Assembly (NCBI RefSeq): GCF_004010195.1
Contig: NC_057751.1
Coordinates: 18,615,543 to 18,679,542 of the forward strand
Reading direction: 5' to 3'
Source of the DNA: Chiloscyllium plagiosum
Taxonomy: Eukaryota
DNA: 64,000 bases
The notes beneath the pieces are model-generated. The model ran no database searches. It was not told the DNA's origin and worked only from the letters and a program-made list of their open reading frames with translations. Position 1 is the stretch's first letter. Every line of letters begins with the position of its first letter. A program made the translations under genes and the position numbers. Of this stretch, positions 60,491-64,000 are shown in pieces.

Positions 60491-61724
60491 TCTTCCTTTC
60501 TTTCTCTAGCTCTTTCTTTCTTACTGTCTTCCTCTGTCTCTTTCCCTGTGTCCCACTCTCTCAATTTCTCTGCCTCAACCTTCTTTCCTCCCTCTTTCCT
60601 GCCTCTTTCCTGCCTCTTTCCTGCCTCTCACTCACAGATGGCATTGTATGCATTGTTTTCTTTACCTGGCCTTTTAAAAGACCCATAGTGCTTTTTGTTG
60701 ACAATATCCTGAAATAACCCTTGGGGCGGGGTGGCAGTGGTATGGTTTCCCTGCAGTTCCTGGGCAACTGGACATTCGGCAAGAGGTTGTTAGAACATAG
60801 AGTACAGCACAGAACAGGCCCTTCAGCCCACAATGTTGTGCCGACCACTGATCCTCATGTATGCACCCTTAAATTTCTGTGACCATATGCATGTCCAAGA
60901 TTCTCTTAAATGTCTCTTAAAGGTTGTTGATTTCATTGGAACTACTTTCTGAAAAAAAGAAATCACTGCTCTCCCAGGATTTCATTTTGCAGATGGCACA
61001 TTTAAAAGGAAGCTTTTGGAGCTGGGCAGAGAAGAGATAGTGGAACTGCCTGCTTCCCCCCAAGCCACAACCTCCAGACACTGTCTCCCTTTCCGAGCCC
61101 AGCTACCTCTGAGAACGTAGAACAGTGCAACATGGTACAGGTCCTTCAGCTCACAACATTGGGCCGAGCATTTATCGTAACTAAGACCAACCTAACCTAC
61201 ACACCTCTCCATTTACTGCCTTCCATGTGCTTGTTCAGCAGCCGCTTAAACATCCCTAATGTCTCTGATTCTACTACCACTGCTGGCAGTGCATGCTACA
61301 CTCTGCGTGAAGAACCTACATTTGACATCTCCCCTATATAGCTTGTCTCTACGATCGCTCCCTCCTTCTCTCACTCATTAACTCACACACACATACTCTT
61401 TGTCCACATCCTTGTCTCACAAAACAAGTACCAATTTCCCTCTCCCCCGCTTAAAACAGTGACGCCTCAAATTGTGTTTGGGATGGTTTTATTTGTTTGG
61501 AATGTCGACCGAAGGAAGCTGGCGAGGGGAAGCAGCAGAGGATTGGTGAGAGAGAAGGGTAGAGAGAGTTCCTCTCCTGGATGCTCAGCGAATTGAACTG
61601 GTTTGGCCCATCAGGCTCTCGTTATACTATTATCATTTATCTGTCACTGACTCCTCTGGCATTAGTGCGAGTCCTTGGAGAGATTCTCATTTAGGGGTCT
61701 TAATTCCCTCCTTGGCCAGACTTG

Positions 61725-64000
61725 TGTTATGAAGATGTATGTGTACTGTCCCTTTAAGAAAGTTAAAAGCTACCTGACAGCACTGAATGTTCTCAAAAAG
61801 ATACAATGTAGCATATGTTCCAGCAATTAGTGTCGCTAGTTGCCTGGACACAAAGCAATTTTGAATTAGGCCAATCAGTTTAAATTATACCCCCAAAATA
61901 CCAAATTCCAATCAAGTTTGAGTTTTGTATATTGGCAATCTTAAAAGCCAATGATACAATCCGATGCTTTGGGGGTATAAGAGTGAGGAAAATTGAAGAG
62001 TTGAGAGGAGAACTGCCACCAGACTGTTGACTGCTCGTCAGAACTGTCTGAGAGGTACCTGTCTAGAGAAGGGGTTAGCACAGAGAAAGACACTGACACT
62101 GACCTGGAGAGTAAATCTGCAAAGAGAAGATTCCACCGCTGACTGGTTTTCAAATTTGAATTTTTCAGTAAATCTTAATCGGGGTTTTTATTGGACTAGT
62201 AGAATAGAAGAGGGGAAAAGGAAAAGGAAGATCCTTAGCTCAGCAAAAAGAGAGAATTTGAACTTGAGAACTTGTGACTCAGTCATCGAAGTCAAGTTAA
62301 CAGGACGGAGATTAAAAGAGAAGGTATATATAAAAATGTCAAAACTGCCACATTTTGATGAGAAAACAATTGAAGTCTTCTTCATTTGATTTGAAAGCTT
62401 GGCTGGGCATATTGAGTGGTCCGAGGCTTTATGGCTAATGGTAGTTCAGACTAAGCTGGTCGGCAGAGCTAGTGAGGTATCTGCTGTGCTGTCAGATGAG
62501 GTGTCAAGAGATTATGAAGATGTTAAACAGGCTATTTTAAGTGCTTATGATTTAGAGAGATTAATTAAGTAGGTGACTTAGCTAAACAGCATCTAAAGAG
62601 GGCACACAAATGTTTGTAGCCTGTGGCAGATAAAAGCTCTGAGAATCCAATGCTTTCCTGAGAGGTTGACGTGTTAGTACTATAACCAGTGATATGAGAT
62701 CCTTTCAAAGCCAGGTTTAGTGGTCCCTATCAAATTGAGAAAAAGAAATGAGTCAGGTGAACTATCTGGTAAAGATGCCAGGTAGATGTGAATATGTTGA
62801 AACCACATTATACTAGAGAGAAAGAGCTGGAGAAACAGGTGTAAGTTACTGCCTCACAGAGTGAGGAATTAAATCCAGATGATGTGAATTTTGAGGTGCC
62901 TTAAAATATATTTTTAAAATGGAAAATCCTTGAGGAGTGGGATTGGTTAGTAATCTATCTGTCTCAGGAGCATAGAACTTAGTTGAAAGATTTGTTACTG
63001 CAGTATAAGGGCATATGTAAGAATCAGGTGGGGAGGACAAATGCTATTGTCCACGAAGTAGACGTAGGGAATATTGCTCTGATTAGACTCCACCCCTATC
63101 AGCTTAATCCTTTCAAAGCCAGGCAGGTCCAAATGGAGGCGGAGGCAATGCTCGAAGAGGACATCATCGGGAGAGCCAGAGTAAGTGGAGTTTGCCAATC
63201 ATCTTAGTTCCCAAACTGATGGGACTCAACAATTCTGCACGATGATTGCCGTTACAAACTCAGACTAACATCGAATTCCTAGATTGGAGCACTCCATCGA
63301 GAGAGTCGGACAAGCCAGTTACATCACCAAGTTGAACTTAATGCATGGTTACCTTTATCTGAGATGTCAAAATAAATTTCTGCTTTTGTAACTCCAAATG
63401 GGCTATTTCAGTTTAAAGTGATGTCCCTTGGAATGAAGAACACGCCCACCACATTCCAAAGACTCATGAACAGACTTGTGGCTAGGTTAACAAACTGTGC
63501 AGTCAAGTTGGACGATGTAGTGATCTTTACTAAGTCCTGGAAAGATCACATGGTATAGTTGGCAGAGCTCTTTGGATGACTGAGAAGCAAAACTGGTGAT
63601 AAACTTCAATCAAACTGAATTCGCAAAAGCAGCGGTGACGTTCTTGGGACATAACATTGATCATGTAAGGTTGACCTCACAGAAATCCAAGATGAAGGCC
63701 AGGTGAAGGAATTTCCACGACCAACCTCGGACTTCAATTGTTCGGTCTCAAAGGTTCGTTCCCAAACCTCAGCAGTGTCTAGCACCAATAACTGACTTGC
63801 TGAAGAAGAACACAAAGTTTTGATGAACAGAACCATGCCAAGAAGCATTCGAACATTTGAAATCAAATATTAAGCCCCAAACCAGTTTTAGCTGCACCAA
63901 ACTTTTCAAAACCATTTGATGAGGGTGGGATTGAAATGCCAGTTAGTTACTTTTCAAAGAAGATCAGTATCGACCAGAGGAAATACTCCACAATCTAAAA
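61725..64000 (+). mobile_element. Degenerate Gmr1-like Ty3/Gypsy retrotransposon (LTR part, gag fragment, integrase C-terminus, RT, RNase H), running off the window
   Basis: LTR start tgttatgaag; gag KLPHFDEKTIEVFF...DYEDVKQAILSAY; integrase tail KARFSGPYQIE (~62707-62739); then RT GRTNAIVHEVDVG, FKVMSLGMKNTPTTFQRLMN, CAVKLDDVVIF (DD at 63511); YFSKK near the end. Confidence 0.85.

Noticed and set aside
60016..60564. ORFs of 182 and 116 aa across the gap
   Set aside because: Artefacts of N bases and the (CT)n repeat.
61420..61720. Possible promoter or first exon of a neighbouring gene
   Set aside because: Only mild CpG content and no supporting splice or coding evidence in the window.

Overview
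Eukaryotic, repeat-dense genomic DNA, most likely from a shark or other elasmobranch (inferred from HE1/V-SINE-type SINEs, CR1 LINEs and the NLR architecture). It holds one apparently intact multi-exon + strand gene for an NLR innate-immune receptor: a helical N-terminal domain, a NACHT NTPase and ribonuclease-inhibitor-type LRRs. I read 12 coding exons from 23914 to 52539, all with GT-AG junctions in compatible phases, giving about 1076 aa. An IRF/GAS/ISRE-like motif cluster lies just upstream of the start exon. Further upstream (0.4-14.3 kb) are four paralogous copies of a ~90-bp exon-like cassette, each disabled in a different way, inside local segmental duplications. The rest is nested transposons: many CR1 copies, a near full-length Rex1/Babar LINE, HE1-like SINEs, Penelope-like (GIY-YIG) fragments whose terminal repeats carry minimal hammerhead-ribozyme motifs (one is a perfect 94-bp-arm palindrome), two solo LTRs and Gmr1-like Ty3/Gypsy remnants. 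There is a 245-N assembly gap. Most short ORFs in the supplied track are transposon debris. Element boundaries are approximate unless a TSD or terminal motif is cited. No database searches were run; family names rest on motif recognition.
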